Below, one piece after another: positions 12,579 to 25,624 of a DNA stretch of 64,000 nt; the stretch's first letter is position 1, and every line of letters starts with the position of its first letter. This stretch comes from Octopus bimaculoides (Eukaryota). Made by a program: the position numbers and the translations under genes. The notes under the pieces are model-generated. The model had not been told where the DNA came from and searched no databases. It saw only the letters and a list, made by a program, of their open reading frames with translations. The stretch is from the NCBI RefSeq assembly GCF_001194135.2, contig NC_068983.1:141768920-141832919 (forward strand), read 5' to 3'.

Positions 12579-13420
12579 AGCTGATATGTTTATCTACAAA
12601 TCTGAACAGCCGTTTTCCTCTTTCTTCCATTCGCCTTCATTTCTTCAGAGTTGTATAAATCATTTTTCGTTGACGAAAGAATATTTCGTGTGAATGAATG
12701 GGACTAAGTTTAATCTGTACCGGTTGTAAAATGTCTTGTTTTGTCATTCATGGGAAGCTGTTGTTTGCAGCAAGTCGAACATTGAAGAACCACAATCCTT
12801 TTTCTGACTGTTTAAATATTTTGTCACTTGAGTACAAGAAACAACGAAACTCTGTCACCTGAGTGAAATTATGGATCTTTTCTATTACTGTCACAGTTTT
12901 CTTTCGTCTTTTAATTTTATTCCAATGGTTTTCAAATTTGGTGTACTGATTTATTTTTGTATGCTAATTAGGAAAATGAAATTCATTTTTGCCATAAATT
13001 AATAAATAAAAAGTTAATAGCTTTTAAAGTTTGCGAATTTTAACCAGTCGAAAGCCAGGTACATTGGTGCCTGTTTCCATATAAACAAGCGAAGCTATAA
13101 TCTGCATAAAACACCACTACGTGTATTTTCTTTACCTGTGCATTTTCTTTGATGTTACCTCGTTTTCGGCATTTTCACTTCTGTGTTTTGAGAAACGGAT
13201 ATTACCTCATTTTCATAATTTTTAGCTGTATGTTTTTTGGACCTTTCCAACCTAAATACAAGTATGGCACAACCAACTCGTTTAACTTTTCGAATATGAT
13301 GTAGAAAATGAAAACCGAGGTGGATGTGGTTTCTTACTTTCAAGAGAAAATTGTGTGAGGGGAGACTCACCACCACATATACATTCTTTTAGCCTACGTA
13401 ATTTTTTGACGACACATCAG

Positions 13421-13562
13421 ACCCTAACCCTAAATACTAACACTAAACGCTAACCCTAAATTCTAACTCTCAACCTAACCTTAAATCTTAACCTTAAACC
13501 CTAACCCTAACCCTAAGCCCTGACTTTAAACCCCAACCTTAACCCTAACCCTATACCCTAAC
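13421..13562. repeat. Degenerate (CCCTAA)n telomere-like tract, interstitial
   Basis: Repeated ACCCTA/AACCCT/AACCTT hexamers, e.g. CCCTAACCCTAACCCTAAGCCC. Confidence 0.7.
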
Positions 13563-14754
13563 ATTCAGCTCTGCTTTCATTTTGTGATTTTTCGCAAAAA
13601 CTTTCATTGAGGATTTTTCCCTTTTTGCATGATTTTATTCATTAAAGTTTATTAAAACTTCAAAGCTGCTAACAACTTACGTCACCGTAATTTTTTTCTT
13701 TCATTTTGTTTAATAAAAATATTTCGTCGTAATGTTTTTGCTTTTGTTCTGTGGTAGACAATTATCACGCAGAAAATGTCTGCTTTCCAAATTTTCTTTT
13801 CTGATTGGATAAAAATTATCAAAGTTTAAACCTTTGCAACATGCAAAGTCGTAAACAAAATCCTAAACAAATTTATTGAACAAATGAGTAATAAAATCGG
13901 ATTCAGTGTGAAAACTTGTATCCGTATACCAAACTTGAAACTTTCGTTTAATTTTGAAATTTTAAAACCTATAACACCAACGAAAAAATCCGAAATTATT
14001 ATACTATCGTGAAGTTAAACGAATAAACTACACGCAAATACGTTTCTGAGTGATATGCCAGAATGAATGAATGTGTAAACACGGTGCCATTATAGTGCTA
14101 TTGTCTCTATGCTGTACATAAGTGTAAACTCACTCTGCGCCCGCGCATGAATATATGTATGTCTTCAATTCGAAGCCTATAGCGCGAGGAATAAATATTG
14201 CAGGAACAGTAGAATGGCAGAAAAGTTGAGAACAAGATTTGCGGCAATCAGTTACCTCCCGTTAACTTGGACCTTTATTCGTTTGGGTCCAATGCAATTC
14301 GTAGTATTGACCTACTGCTGTCAAACTGAGTCACCCAGTTTTACAGTGGAACCTAGTCTTTTAGTATCTCTATGGGTTTTATGTTGCATTCAATTATTCT
14401 GTCCAAATTGTCTTTCTGCTCGCATTTTTCCTGCAGACATAAATCGGCAGTTTTTAGGCTGAAAGTCAATCACCAACATCATACTTGCAGTCGAGAAGGC
14501 GTGTAAAAGTCATGGTCGTTGTTACTTTTTCTCTGAATAACTTTGTAAACTAATAAGACCTCTTCTCTACAAATACATGGCCTTATGCTAACGTGAGAAA
14601 TCAACGTTTATTTATCTCACGTGTGACGCATTGAATTAGTTACTTGACGTTTCAAGCCAGACGATATATCTGTCAGAAGAGAATTTACATCAATACACAA
14701 ACACACTGGAACATATCTACATGTACAGAAATACAAATGACACATATGCACACA

Positions 14755-14793
<39 letters not shown>

Positions 14794-15407
14794 NNNNNNN
14801 NNNNNNNNNNNNNNNNNNNNNNNNNNNNNNNNNNNNNNNNNNNNNNNNNNNNNNNNNNNNNNNNNNNNNNNNNNNNNNNNNNNNNNNNNNNNNNNNNNNN
14901 NNNNNNNNNNNNNNNNNNNNNNNNNNNNNNNNNNNNNNNNNNNNNNNNNNNNNNNNNNNNNNNNNNNNNNNNNNNNNNNNNNNNNNNNNNNNNNNNNNNN
15001 NNNNNNNNNNNNNNNNNNNNNNNNNNNNNNNNNNNNNNNNNNNNNNNNNNNNNNNNNNNNNNNNNNNNNNNNNNNNNNNNNNNNNNNNNNNNNNNNNNNN
15101 NNNNNNNNNNNNNNNNNNNNNNNNNNNNNNNNNNNNNNNNNNNNNNNNNNNNNNNNNNNNNNNNNNNNNNNNNNNNNNNNNNNNNNNNNNNNNNNNNNNN
15201 NNNNNNNNNNNNNNNNNNNNNNNNNNNNNNNNNNNNNNNNNNNNNNNNNNNNNNNNNNNNNNNNNNNNNNNNNNNNNNNNNNNNNNNNNNNNNNNNNNNN
15301 NNNNNNNNNNNNNNNNNNNNNNNNNNNNNNNNNNNNNNNNNNNNNNNNNNNNNNNNNNNNNNNNNNNNNNNNNNNNNNNNNNNNNNNNNNNNNNNNNNNN
15401 NNNNNNT

Positions 15408-15442
15408 CTTTCGTCACACTTCTGTGACCTCATCAGTGGTCC
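15408..15442 (-). ncRNA. Mirror HHR core, truncated by an assembly gap before stem III
   Basis: Reverse complement reads GGACCACTGATGAGGTCACAGAAGTGTGACGAAAG, then N. Confidence 0.55.
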
Positions 15443-15571
15443 TTTGTTTCCTTCTTTCTTATGTGTGTCTCACCTTGCTAACTATCAGCCATTTTGTCAG
15501 ACAAAATGGCTATCAGACAAAATGGCTGATAGTTAGCAAGGTGTGACACACATAAGAAGGAAGGAAACAAA

Positions 15572-15616
15572 GGACCACTGATGAGGTCACAGAAGTGTGA
15601 CGAAAGAACTCTGGCC
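15572..15616 (+). ncRNA. Minimal type I HHR motif (canonical CUGAUGA core)
   Basis: GGACCA CTGATGA g GTCAC agaagt GTGAC GAAA G aa CT C TGGCC: 5-bp stem II, 2-bp stem III, CUC triplet, stem I GGACCA/TGGCC with one bulge or mismatch. Confidence 0.7.
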
Positions 15617-16126
15617 GAAATAAGATTAAGATTAATGTAATATAAAGCTGAAGCAAATTAACACCAAATATACAGTGCGTGTGTTTTTATTGGCTAAACT
15701 GGCAATATGACCATCCCCAAGTACAACAACATATATATATATATACATGAGGATCAACATTTCTTTTAGGCATGCATTGTATCCACGTAGTGTGATGTTT
15801 TTATCAATTTATTTCTTCATTGCTTTAAACAAAAATAAGCACCTTACAGATTACGAATAGATATAAAAGTTAAATTTGAAATTTTAGTAGTAACGCTTTC
15901 ACCAATATTAGCCCTGCCTCCAAGAAATAGGAACCAGCATGCTTTAACATAACTTCTTCCTTACACGCCTCATCCTGAAAATGAGACTTCAGAAACGATG
16001 ATGGTGAATTTAGAAACTTTATCACGTGAAACAAATTGCAAGAATTTAATAGGAAAGCATGGAAAAAGACATGATAAAAATGGTAAAACTAGATCACAAT
16101 TGAGTATAGAACAGAACCTCTGTGTG

Positions 16127-16209
<83 letters not shown>

Positions 16210-16506
16210 GTGCGTGCGTGTGTGTGTGTTTGTGTGTGTTTGTGTGTGTGTGCATACATTTATACGAGTGAGTAGTCAAAAGAAAGGAGGCACTCAGAAC
16301 ATTTGGTAAGAGATATATTATTATTTAAAAACAGCTTAATTGAACCCCATGTAACTTAAAGTATCGTGAGCTCATCTGGCGAGCCTTCAAATCTTTCAGT
16401 CACATGGGACCCAATCAAACTGTTTTTAAATAACACATACATACATGCACACATACATACATTAAAATTAACACACACACACACACACATAGGTGTTATA
16501 TACATA

Positions 16507-16708
16507 TAATTATAACGATAAGGAATATGGAGACTGGTACAGCCTCAAAATTTATTTCCTTTTGTTTTACAATATCATACAGCATATTGTTATGATTACG
16601 ACGATCTAGGTCGTCGTAACCATAAAAACGTGCTGTGTGATATTGTAAAATAAAAGGGAATAAATTTTGAGGCTTTACCAGTCTCCATATTCTCTATCGT
16701 TATAATTA
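16507..16708. repeat. 202-bp loopless imperfect palindrome
   Basis: TAATTATAACGATA...TTACGACGATCT|AGGTCGTCGTAA...TATCGTTATAATTA. The symmetry axis lies between 16607 and 16608. Confidence 0.9.
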
Positions 16709-16796
16709 TTACTAATATTACAATCCAGCGAAGCGAACACGGAATTATCCATCGGAGGAATTTACAGCGTTAGTGATAACTCCTAATAATCGTACA

Positions 16797-17015
16797 CTTT
16801 TACTTGTTTCAGTCATTTGACAGCGGCCATGCTGGAGCACCGCCTTTTAATCGAAGAAATCGACCCCAGGACTTATTCTTTGTAAGCTTGGTACTTATTC
16901 TATTCTATCAGGATGTTTTGCCGAACCGCTAAGTTACGGGGACATAAACACACCAATATCGGTTGTCAAGCGACGGTGGTGTGGGGACAAACACAGACAC
17001 AAAAACACACACATA
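16797..17015 (-). mobile_element. SINE family B, 3' half
   Basis: Reverse complement of the 28440-28630 segment (CCCCGTAACTTAGCGGTTCGGCAAAA...GACTGAAACAAGTAAAAG). Confidence 0.85.
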
Positions 17016-17142
17016 AATAATCATGGACATTAAATTCTAATTGATGCGGTTTGCCGTAACCTGAAACACAACTGAGAGCTACTACGGTATCCGCCCGGAT
17101 AATATATCCTTCTAAAATCACATTAATAGATATATATTCTTA

Positions 17143-17358
17143 GGCGGCGAGCTGGCAGAAACGTTAGCACGCCGGGCGAAATGCTTAGTGGTATTTCGTC
17201 TGTCTTTACGTTCTGAATTCAAATTCCACCGAGGTTGATTTTGCCTTTCATCCTTTCGGGGTCGATGAATTAAGTACCAGTTGCGTACTGGAGTTGATCT
17301 AATCGACTAGCCCCCTCCCCAAAAATCTCAAGCCTTGTGCCTAGAGTAGAAAAGAATA
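17143..17358 (+). mobile_element. SINE family A (tRNA-like head, GCCTTTCATCCTTTCGGGGTCGAT central domain)
   Basis: GGCGGCGAGCTGGCAGAA head, B-box-like GAATTCAAATTCC, and tail GCCTTGTGCCTAGAGTAGAAA. Many copies in the window. The central domain resembles the Meta-SINE domain (recollection, unverified). Confidence 0.85.
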
Positions 17359-17365
17359 TATATAT

Positions 17366-17792
17366 TCTTTTACTTGTTTCAGTCATTTGATTGCGGCCAT
17401 GCTGGAGCACTGCCTTGAAGGGGTTTAGTCGAACAAATTGACACCAGGACTTAATTTTTTAAGCCTATTACTTATTCTATCAGTCACTTTTGCTGAACCG
17501 CTAAGTTACGGGGACATAAACACACCAACACCGGTTTTCAAGCGATGATGAGGGGGGACAAGTACAGATACAAAGATTCACACACACACACACATATGTA
17601 TATATAAATATATATATATACATATATACGACAGGCTTATTTCAGTTTCCGTCTACCAAATCCACTAACAAGGCTTTGGTCGGCTATAGAAGACAGTTGC
17701 CCAAGGAACTGAACTGGGACCATATGGCTGAACTGAATTTGGGACCATTTGGCTGGGAAACAAGCTTATTACCACATACCCATGCCTGCGCC
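17366..17792 (-). mobile_element. SINE family B, near full length
   Basis: Reverse complement of 27999-28632, including the internal (TA)/(CA) tract. Confidence 0.8.
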
Positions 17793-18390
17793 TAGCTTCG
17801 AGTATTAAAATTTTTTAAATTATATAAATGAATACCGTTAAAAAAATGTATCGGTATTGTACAACTATTAGTTCTTAATTTATATGAATATGTATTCGTA
17901 TACACACATACATACATACATACATACATACATACATACATACATACATACATACATACATACATACATGCATGCATGCATGCATGCATACATACATACA
18001 TACATACATACATACATACATACATACATACATACGTACGTACGTACGTACGTACGTTGTTTGCTATGCTACATCTCAAAAAGAATATTGAAGGATAATT
18101 TTCTGTCAGTTTCTCGTTGTAGACGAAGCAATATCGTAGGCCGAACTCTGATTTGGAACATCTGTGACTTTCTCAAGATCATAGACGATTTGAGTGAGCG
18201 GAAGTGTCTAAAAATGGAATTAGGAAAGAAACCAATGTGTGATTTCTGATACAGATATATTTACATAACTTTCATTACTTCCACATTAGAGTTAAAATTG
18301 CTGGATGGATGTATTTCGAGTTCAATTTTATTGTTAGTGTTTCATTTCATGTAATTTTTAGAATATGACTACCCTCAATCCACATGAATA

Positions 18391-18607
18391 TTCCTTTCTA
18401 CTATAGGCACAAGGCCTGAAATTTGAAGGGGAGGAGATAAGTCGATTACATCGATCCCAGTGCGTAACTGGTGCTTATTTCATCGACCCCGAAAGGATGA
18501 GAGGCAAAGTTGACCTCTGTGGAATTTGAACTCAGAGCGTAGATATGGGCGAAATACCTCTAAGCATTTTGCCCGGAGTGCTAACGATTCTGCCAGCTCG
18601 CCGCCTT
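18391..18607 (-). mobile_element. SINE family A
   Basis: Reverse complement of the family A head, core and tail. Confidence 0.85.
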
Positions 18608-18903
18608 AATCAACATGAATAATATACATCTCTTAGATCACAGTTCTTCTTGATGGCTTCTACTTTAGTTGCGGTTTTTTATGTCGTACAGCGTATGAGA
18701 GAAATATGTCTCCCTAGAATTGAACACGTTACCTCATCCACATATGAGGTAATATTCTTGCTTGACTTTCTTTATAATTTTGCAAATTAAGTCTCTATAG
18801 AAACATAAACACTACCAATGGATTTGAACTTATGACTTCAGCATACAGTTCAATACCCTCTTATCCACTCGGCCATCTGATATATACAAATGTATCTATT
18901 AAT

Positions 18904-19037
18904 AATTAAGGGTGGTAGGAAGCAGTACCAGTATGCTGACATATTGATTTCACCTTTGTGATTAGTGATAACTTGTGGTTTGGTTAGTTTTGACTGCTAT
19001 GTCAGCATGCTGGTACTGCTTGCTAGTATCGTTAATT
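18904..19037. repeat. Small inverted repeat (24-bp core arms with 1 mismatch, ~54-nt spacer)
   Basis: AAGCAGTACCAGTATGCTGACATA (18920-18943) vs TATGTCAGCATGCTGGTACTGCTT (18998-19021). Confidence 0.8.
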
Positions 19038-19293
19038 GTTAATTGATATTTTATACCGCTATAGGTTTTTTTACGCATCCTAAACCACTGATATTATTAT
19101 AAATAATAATATCCTCATACATGTGAATGTATGTATGTATGTATGTATGTATGTATGTATGTATGTATGTATGCATGGATGCATGCATGTTTCCCTGATT
19201 TTATTTTTTGCATTTCTCAACAAAGGAGAAAGAGCTGGTTTCTAGTCTACAAACAAGAAACTTTCAATGAAAATTAAACGTCAAGATAGATAA

Positions 19294-19334
<41 letters not shown>

Positions 19335-19341
19335 TAGATAA

Positions 19342-19412
<71 letters not shown>

Positions 19413-19563
19413 GATAGATGTGTACGTGTATGTATGCATGTATGTGCATGTATGCCTGAGCATATTAATGTACTCATGTTATGGAATGGTGCTGTATATG
19501 TTGATCTTGTTATATACAGAACTTCATGAGTCTTTGCATATTTTGACAGTACTTTTTATAGGT

Positions 19564-19930
19564 TACTAGCAGAGACACCCGGCGCATGGGATTGAAAAAT
19601 TAGACTTTTCTTTTATATTTTCTGTAATGAACTGGAATACCTATGATTCGCATTTCATCAAAATTGGCGATTAAGAATTTTAATGATGGTTCTTTCCCTC
19701 TTTACACACCCTAACAAAAATTCTAAAACTTTTTTGACCCATGACACTGCATGGACCCTAAGTAAGGCATGTGTAAAATTCGAATGAAATCGATTGTGTA
19801 GTTTTCGAGNNNNNNNNNNNNNNNNNNNNNNNNNNNNNNNNNNNNNNNNNNNNNNNNNNNNNNNNNNNNNNNNNNNNNNNNNNNNNNNNNNNNNNNNNNN
19901 NNNNNNNNNNNNATATATATATATATAGAT
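19564..19930 (+). mobile_element. Non-autonomous Helitron/DINE-like element (partly in a gap)
   Basis: Starts TACTAGCAGAGACACCCGGCG, contains GAAATCGATTGTGTAGTTTTCGAG and ends TATATAGAT, typical termini of such elements (recognition only). Confidence 0.5.
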
Positions 19931-21931
19931 AACCTTTTTGGTTTTGTAGACCCCAGATTCTGAGGTAATTAACTGAGGCAGTGAGTTACTGTTTCGATAA
20001 TCCCTGAAAGTAATTTAAACTATAGTCCGGATGAAATAACTAGATTTTTCATCAGTTTGGTGTAGGTGTTTCATATTGTTTTCCCTAACTTTTTAACATT
20101 ATTTTGGCATCTGCCGGGCAACTAATTTTATCTACGGTGCGTCGTTTCTTTCCTCTGTCTCAGTTTATAATGTCGTGTCAATAATACTTGCATTTTAAAG
20201 AAATTTTAACGGAAACAATCCGTCAATTCAAATTATTTATGATTGTACTTTCTACACCTCTGTAGCTTATATTTCGTGATTATTTCCTACCCATGCATTG
20301 CAAAAGTTTGTCCTTCAAAGTGAAAGTTAATATCCCGCTTGTAAGGGCAAGACAGACTACTGTGGTGGTTAATGTTGTTGTCACTTTGAAGTCTTCTGAG
20401 AATGTAACTACGCATGACCTTCTTTTTGCTTGTAAATATGCAGCCTCTCTGCTGATGTCCTATTGCCTAGAGTTATGTAACTTCTCTGGGTCATCCTTGG
20501 TCATCAGTGAAGGAATAATTTCAGAGAGGCTCTTGTCCAACTCTCCTGGTGGTATTGGACTCACACACGCAGATTTCATTCATGACAGGACCTTGGAATT
20601 GGTGGGGGATCTAGTAAATGCTGTCGAAGAATATAACGTAACAGTTAAAGGCTGTTTAGACTCTGCCCACCATCCTTGCTGTCCTTTTGTTTTGTTGTTT
20701 TACTCATTCGTTAGTAAAAGCAGTTTTCATCAATGTTGATGTGAATACTCCTAGTGTAGCTTTAACAATTGTCGGGGGTTAACATCAATAACACGAAACA
20801 AGGAGAAATACTATGAATAATGCAGTTCTAATGACACTATGATTGAAAAACACACAATTGGAACGTATTTGATCATCGGTTTGTTCTGTCAGAAAACCTA
20901 GTCTGCCACAGATCAGTTAAAGGCAGAATTTTTCTCTCCTAATTATCATTTTTTTTTTTCTAACTCACAATTTGTGTTTGAATGTATTTTTTCTTAAGAT
21001 TTCGTTCGTACACTCTTCAGTATGTCTATCCCATTAAATTCACTCCTAGCTTTCTCCAGTCAACTTCGCCTTTCTTTCAATGCGATTATACTTTTTCCTC
21101 AAATCGACAAATATATTTTTGCTTCTAATTATCAGATTGTTTAACTTCTAGCCCACGTAATTTATATTTGAGAGTAAATAGATCTTCCAGTTTATCCGTC
21201 CTGTTAAATTCCCCTCCAATTATCACCCACCCACCATCTACACAAAAAAAAAGAGAAATTAAATGAAAGAAGGAAAAAACCTCTTTAAGCAGGCGATCGT
21301 CCACATTTTTAACAAGTCCGGCTTTCTCCGCTCAGTTCCATCAGTCTTTCACAGTCTCATCGACACTTGAATCTTCTCTCCTACTTATCAGATTTTTAGT
21401 TTCTAGTCCCAAGTAATTTTTCTCTGAAATTAAGTAAATTTTTTCCAGACTACACTCATCTTAAATTCCTTTCCAGTTTAAAGGAATAAAAAAATTTCTC
21501 TCAGGTTTATATCAAGTCCAGCTTTCTTCGACCATTTCCATCTCCTTTCTTAAAATTCCTTAGATAACTTTATTCTCTAATTGACAAATGGATTTCATAG
21601 CAGGATAGATGAATCCTACTGAATTCAAAATGCCATAGATAAAGTGGCAATCATTCGATAGCTGTACATAGAAAGATGATCCAATAATTTTTTAATCCAT
21701 AGGCCAATGAACTTGTTATATGAGTTGTGTATCTTATAGAAGAGGCAATCGCTTTAGAGGAAAGAATAAGCTCTAACAAGCTGGTAGACGAAAACTGAAA
21801 GAAGCCCGTCGTATATGTATATATATATATANNNNNNNNNNNNNNNNNNNNNNNNNNNNNNNNNNNNNNNNNNNNNNNNNNNNNNNNNNNNNNNNNNNNN
21901 NNNNNNNNNNNNNNNNNNNNNNNNNNNNNNN

Positions 21932-21972
<41 letters not shown>

Positions 21973-22259
21973 GCTTATATACATAGATGTATATACATAT
22001 ACACACACACACAGTCATACAAGCAGCTGATAATAATTTTTTCTATTTCCCTTCCTGTCGGATTTCATCAGGTTATTTTACTTATTTTTCATCTCTATAC
22101 ATCTAATTTATTTTCCTGCACTCTCTCTCCGTCCTTCGTTTTCTTCCTTTCTTTCTTCCTTTCATTCTTTCTTTCTTTTTTCTTTCTTTCTTACTTTCTT
22201 CTTTTTCGAAGAACTCAATATTATTACGTAATACGCTCTTGCATAATTTCTGAACTTAA

Positions 22260-22914
22260 AGCAGTGGAACTGATCAGTGTCTTGGGCAACCAAAGCCTAG
22301 TGAGTGAATTTGGTAGACAGAAACTAAAAGAAGCACGTTGTATTGTTATTATTGTCAAAGTGATGTTGGAGTTCAAATATACGAGGTCCAATATACTCGT
22401 CATGACTACCCGTCTATTAAGAGGTACACCAGGAACATGCATCACAACCATATGTGCACGACATCACAATCGCAAATCAAGATAAACAACGCATGACCTT
22501 GCAAGTGAGGCCCACTTAAAATTTTCTTCATGTCGAATAGCCTATTCCACTCATACGGTCTCTGAGTAAGGGCTGTTTAAGGATGATGAATGAAACACAC
22601 ATGTTTCTAGGGATGAATTGTTCAAACCCCCAAAGAATCACTCTCAATACATATTTATGATGCTACCCCACTACATCTGCACGTGGTCAGAGATGCACAT
22701 ATCGTCAGCCACTAAGGAACATTCTCAACTGGTTACGGTCAAGCAACTGACAAGCAAATCTATGGTATTGAGCAGAATATTGGCTGTAGCCCGTGTTTTA
22801 CACCAAGACAAAATATGTACATGTTAACACTTCCAATCAGTTAAGAAAGAAGCCATGAGACCTCTGCCTCAGGGCATTAAATTATTATTATTATCATCAT
22901 TATCATCATTATTA

Positions 22915-23009
<95 letters not shown>

Positions 23010-23010
23010 T
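22260..23010 (+). mobile_element. Non-autonomous retroposon with family-B-like head and long (ATT)n tail
   Basis: GGGCAACCAAAGCCTAGTGAGTGAATTTGGTAGACAGAAACT is shared with family B. A unique body follows and ends in a ~130-nt (ATT)n tract. Confidence 0.5.
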
Positions 23011-23012
23011 AA

Positions 23013-23585
23013 GGCGGCGAGCTGGCAGAATCGTTAGCACGCCGGGCGAAATGCTTAGCGGTATTTCGCCTGCCGTTACGTTCTGAGTTCAAATTCCGCC
23101 GAGGTCGACTTTGCCTTTCATCCTTTCGGGGTCGATAAATTAAGTACCAGTTACGCACTGGGGTCGATGTAATCGACTTAATACGTTCGTCTGTCCTTGT
23201 TTGTTCCCTCTATGTTTAGCCCCTTGTGGGCAATAACGAAATAGGTATTTCGCCCGTCTTTACGTTCTAAGTTCAAATTCCGCCGAGGTCAACTTTGCCT
23301 TTCATCCTTTCTGGGTTGAGAAATTAATTACCAGTTGAGTACTGAGGTCGATGTAATCGACTTAACCCTTCCCCCATAATTTCAGGCCTTGTGCCTATAA
23401 TGGAAAGGATTATCATTTAAGGCGGCGAGTTGGCAGAACCGTTAGCACGCTGGACGAAATGCTTAGCGGTATTTAACCCGTTGCTACGTTCTAAGTTCAA
23501 ATTCTGCCGAGGTTTACTTTGCCTTTCATCCTTTCGACTCATCGCTTCCCCCAAAATTGCTGCCCTTGTGACAAAATTTGAAACT
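23013..23585 (+). mobile_element. Head-to-tail chain of three family A SINE copies
   Basis: Full copy from 23013, partial copy from ~23245, and a third head at ~23421 directly after the previous copy's tail. Confidence 0.85.
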
Positions 23586-23848
23586 ATTGTTATTAATATT
23601 ATTTTCATATACGCTCAACAGATTAGACTGTTAGAAAAGAAAATATCCTAACATCGGTAGTCTATATCTACTATTGCTAACTCCACGCAGTCTTTTAACC
23701 CTCTTCCGCCATCCTTTCTAGGTAGGTGTAATCTTGCTACTCCTGCCCTTGAGTGAAGTCCTCCATTCATATTGAATTCCTTCCTAGCTCTTTGCTAATT
23801 CAGTTTCTGTCCAATCTACAAAAGCTGCTGAGCATCTAAGCATTATTA

Positions 23849-23914
<66 letters not shown>

Positions 23915-24932
23915 TCTGTGACAATTGGCATCAGCTTCGCAAAGCTAATTCGAAATCATCAGAAAATGTCAAACTAAACTAACTTCCTATGTGGCATGTT
24001 GTCAAAACAAAAGAAACAAATAAATAGATTAACAAAATAAGATTTTACAATGCCATTCACGGTAACAATACATTTCTGTAGGGATATACAAAAACTGGTA
24101 GCGAATTTTTTTTTTCTTTAGTCTGTAAGGTGTGTCTGTGTCTATAAATATATGAAATGAACTAAAAGAATGTCTCAATTAAAAATGTTAAAATGATGTT
24201 AAGTTCAACAAATCGGATATTTTACACTGAGACAGGAATTTCTTCTCGCTATAAAATAGACATTTAAAGAAGTTGCATATCATGTATTAGTAACATTACA
24301 CCTAAAATAGGTTAGAAAAATTGCTTGCAAATTCTCTAGCCCGATAATAATTAAACTGATTTATACTCAATGTCTTGGGAGATTTGGTTTTGTATATCAC
24401 ATCATAAACGGAATGAATTGTAATCCTGATAAGCTGGATTTCACGAAGCTAATGGAAATTTGATTTTTATGCATAATAAAAGTCAAATTTATTGCTAAGA
24501 CAGTATTGTACTAAGATATACACGTGCGCATACATTACAAAAGACACTACAAACGCGCGTACAAAACGGACGTAGTAAAATACACGTGCACTTTAAACTC
24601 ACACACACACACTACAAACATACATACATATAAAACACATTCACACACACTTCGCCACGCCACACTTCACCACACACTTACACATATGCCAAACAGGAAT
24701 ACGCTCGTTCTAACGAGGATCTCCATTTGGTAGTTCGACCTGCAAGAAATAGTAACCTAATTTTTCTCAAAACACTCAGTACTCTTAAAGCATGAAAGGA
24801 TGAATTGAATAATGAAGTCTAAGGTATACTGCTTCTGAGAGAAATAAAACAAAAAGGAAAGAATTCCCATTGGTCACGACGGCTGAATTGACTTTGATGA
24901 TAGGTTTACTGACTCAAGGATAACTTAGGGTT

Positions 24933-24980
<48 letters not shown>

Positions 24981-25593
24981 CATACACAGACACTCTCTAC
25001 TTGCGGGCGCGCGACTTTTCTGAAATATTGTCTATTTTACCAACCTTTCCAGCTGTGGACAAGATTAAAAACGTGTTTGTGCTTTTCTCTCAAACTTTCA
25101 TATATGTTAAAAATAAATAAATTGTGTTTGCTTGGGAAATGATTTGTTTTGCACAAATGATAGTAATCTGTTTTCTACGTCATTCCAAATTTAGATTGGT
25201 AGTATGTTGTTGTTGTTGCTATTGTTGCTGGGTTGTTCTGGTTGTTATTAGTGGTGGTGAAGGAGGAAGTGGTAAAGAAGGTGCTGGTGGTGTTGGTAGC
25301 GTGTTCCTCCACCATCTCCACCCCTATCAGACCTGATAGTGCAGAATATCGTCAATTTTTTTCTTTTTTCTTTTTTTTTTTTTTCCAGATATAGTATATC
25401 GAGGACTACATGATCAAATATGTCCTCTTTTCAGATTGAACGATGTGATTTTAGAGCGATGTAACCACTAATAATGGTGCTGTTATTGTGAGTGATAGTG
25501 TTAGCAGTATTATTGTTGTTGTTTTAGCCTCTAAAACGGCGATGATCAGATAGACCTTTGATCGTAAAGATCAAAGCCGTGAAAATCGTACCT

Positions 25594-25624
<31 letters not shown>

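Larger units (their letters stand above)
15408..15616. mobile_element. Fold-back element: 91-bp inverted arms (15408-15498 / 15516-15606), each with an HHR core; left end lost in a gap
   Basis: CTTTCGTCACACTTCTGTGACCTCATCAGTGGTCC...GCCATTTTGTC is the near-perfect reverse complement of GACAAAATGGC...GGACCACTGATGAGGTCACAGAAGTGTGACGAAAG. The centre has a duplicated AGACAAAATGGCT. Confidence 0.9.

Noticed and set aside
20293-20739. 148-aa + strand ORF as a host gene
   Set aside because: No recognisable domain or splice signals; probably a shadow of degenerate antisense TE coding sequence.
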